DNA from: Chiloscyllium plagiosum
Taxonomy: Eukaryota
Length of the DNA stretch: 64,000 bases
NCBI RefSeq assembly: GCF_004010195.1
Contig: NC_057719.1
Coordinates: 25,931,641-25,995,640, forward strand
Reading direction: 5' to 3'
Under the pieces are notes generated by a model. That model did not search any database. It worked only from the letters and a program-made list of their open reading frames with translations, and was not told the origin of the DNA. Shown piece by piece: positions 63,346 through 64,000 of the stretch (its first letter is position 1; every line of letters begins with the position of its first letter). A program made the position numbers and the translations under genes.

Positions 63346-64000
63346 TCTGCATTTTTCCATCTTATTCTGTATGTTGCTATGTTGAGGGCCCTTACCTTCC
63401 ACTTCCAAAGCTATAATGTTTAATTTGACTCTTGGTCTCATATAACCTTTCAAAATATTGATCTATTTCCAATTTCCAATATTTTCTTCACCATACTGTT
63501 GTTAGGCCTTTAAAAATGAGTTTATCATCAAATTATTCTGCCTAATTTATTTTGTCCAAGTGTTTTACTGTTTCAGCCTTTACAAAATCCTACACAATGG
63601 ATCTCGGTTTAAAACTAATGCACGAAGTTATAATGTGATCATATACAGAATATGATGGAGGATATGGATTTCTGAATTAGTTGCATTTGGGTAAATTAAT
63701 TGGTTTGAAGATATTGCAGCATCTCCCCAGAGTGCTAATCTTGTTCTGTTTGGTAGTTTGAATAGTTTTTTCTTCAAGTTAGTTAACGTTACTTAACTCA
63801 GACATTTGGACAACAGAATGTGATGTGAAAGTCTAAATTACTGTTGCAATACAAAGAAGGACAAGAGCCAAGAATACTTATCCTACATTTGCATTCTGAA
63901 ATTGGACCGAAAACAAATGAAAGAATTGCATTTCTGAAGCCTTTAAAGGATTATATTATGAAACAATACACAATCTTTGCCTTTCAATAAGAAAATAATG

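Overview
Vertebrate genomic DNA, almost certainly from an elasmobranch (shark). The evidence is HE1-type SINEs, HER1/CR1 LINEs and SacSINE1/DeuSINE-like elements, recognised by eye. The window is AT-rich and repeat-dense, intronic or intergenic, with two assembly gaps (33062-33788, 51301-51800). I recognise no intact host gene. The readable protein remnants are all decayed transposon pieces: CR1 ORF1 (Cys motif, coiled coil, SGNH esterase), CR1 ORF2 (APE endonuclease and RT), Penelope GIY-YIG endonuclease, an RTE C-terminus, and Harbinger DDE transposase and Myb/SANT remnants. The most interesting structure is a set of about 15 Penelope-like (PLE) insertions from at least 5 subfamilies, most carrying minimal type-I hammerhead ribozyme (HHR) motifs with visible stem covariation. 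Many are short, TSD-flanked, fold-back elements whose truncation or inversion points cluster at the ribozyme. One (61674-61982) carries intact-looking hammerhead cores on both strands, and one (63066-63345) contains an 87-bp copy of nearby genomic DNA. There is also a tentative, phase-compatible chain of minus-strand exons (36484-36391, 34614-34557, 20553-20473) encoding an unrecognised peptide. Repeat boundaries are approximate unless a TSD is quoted.
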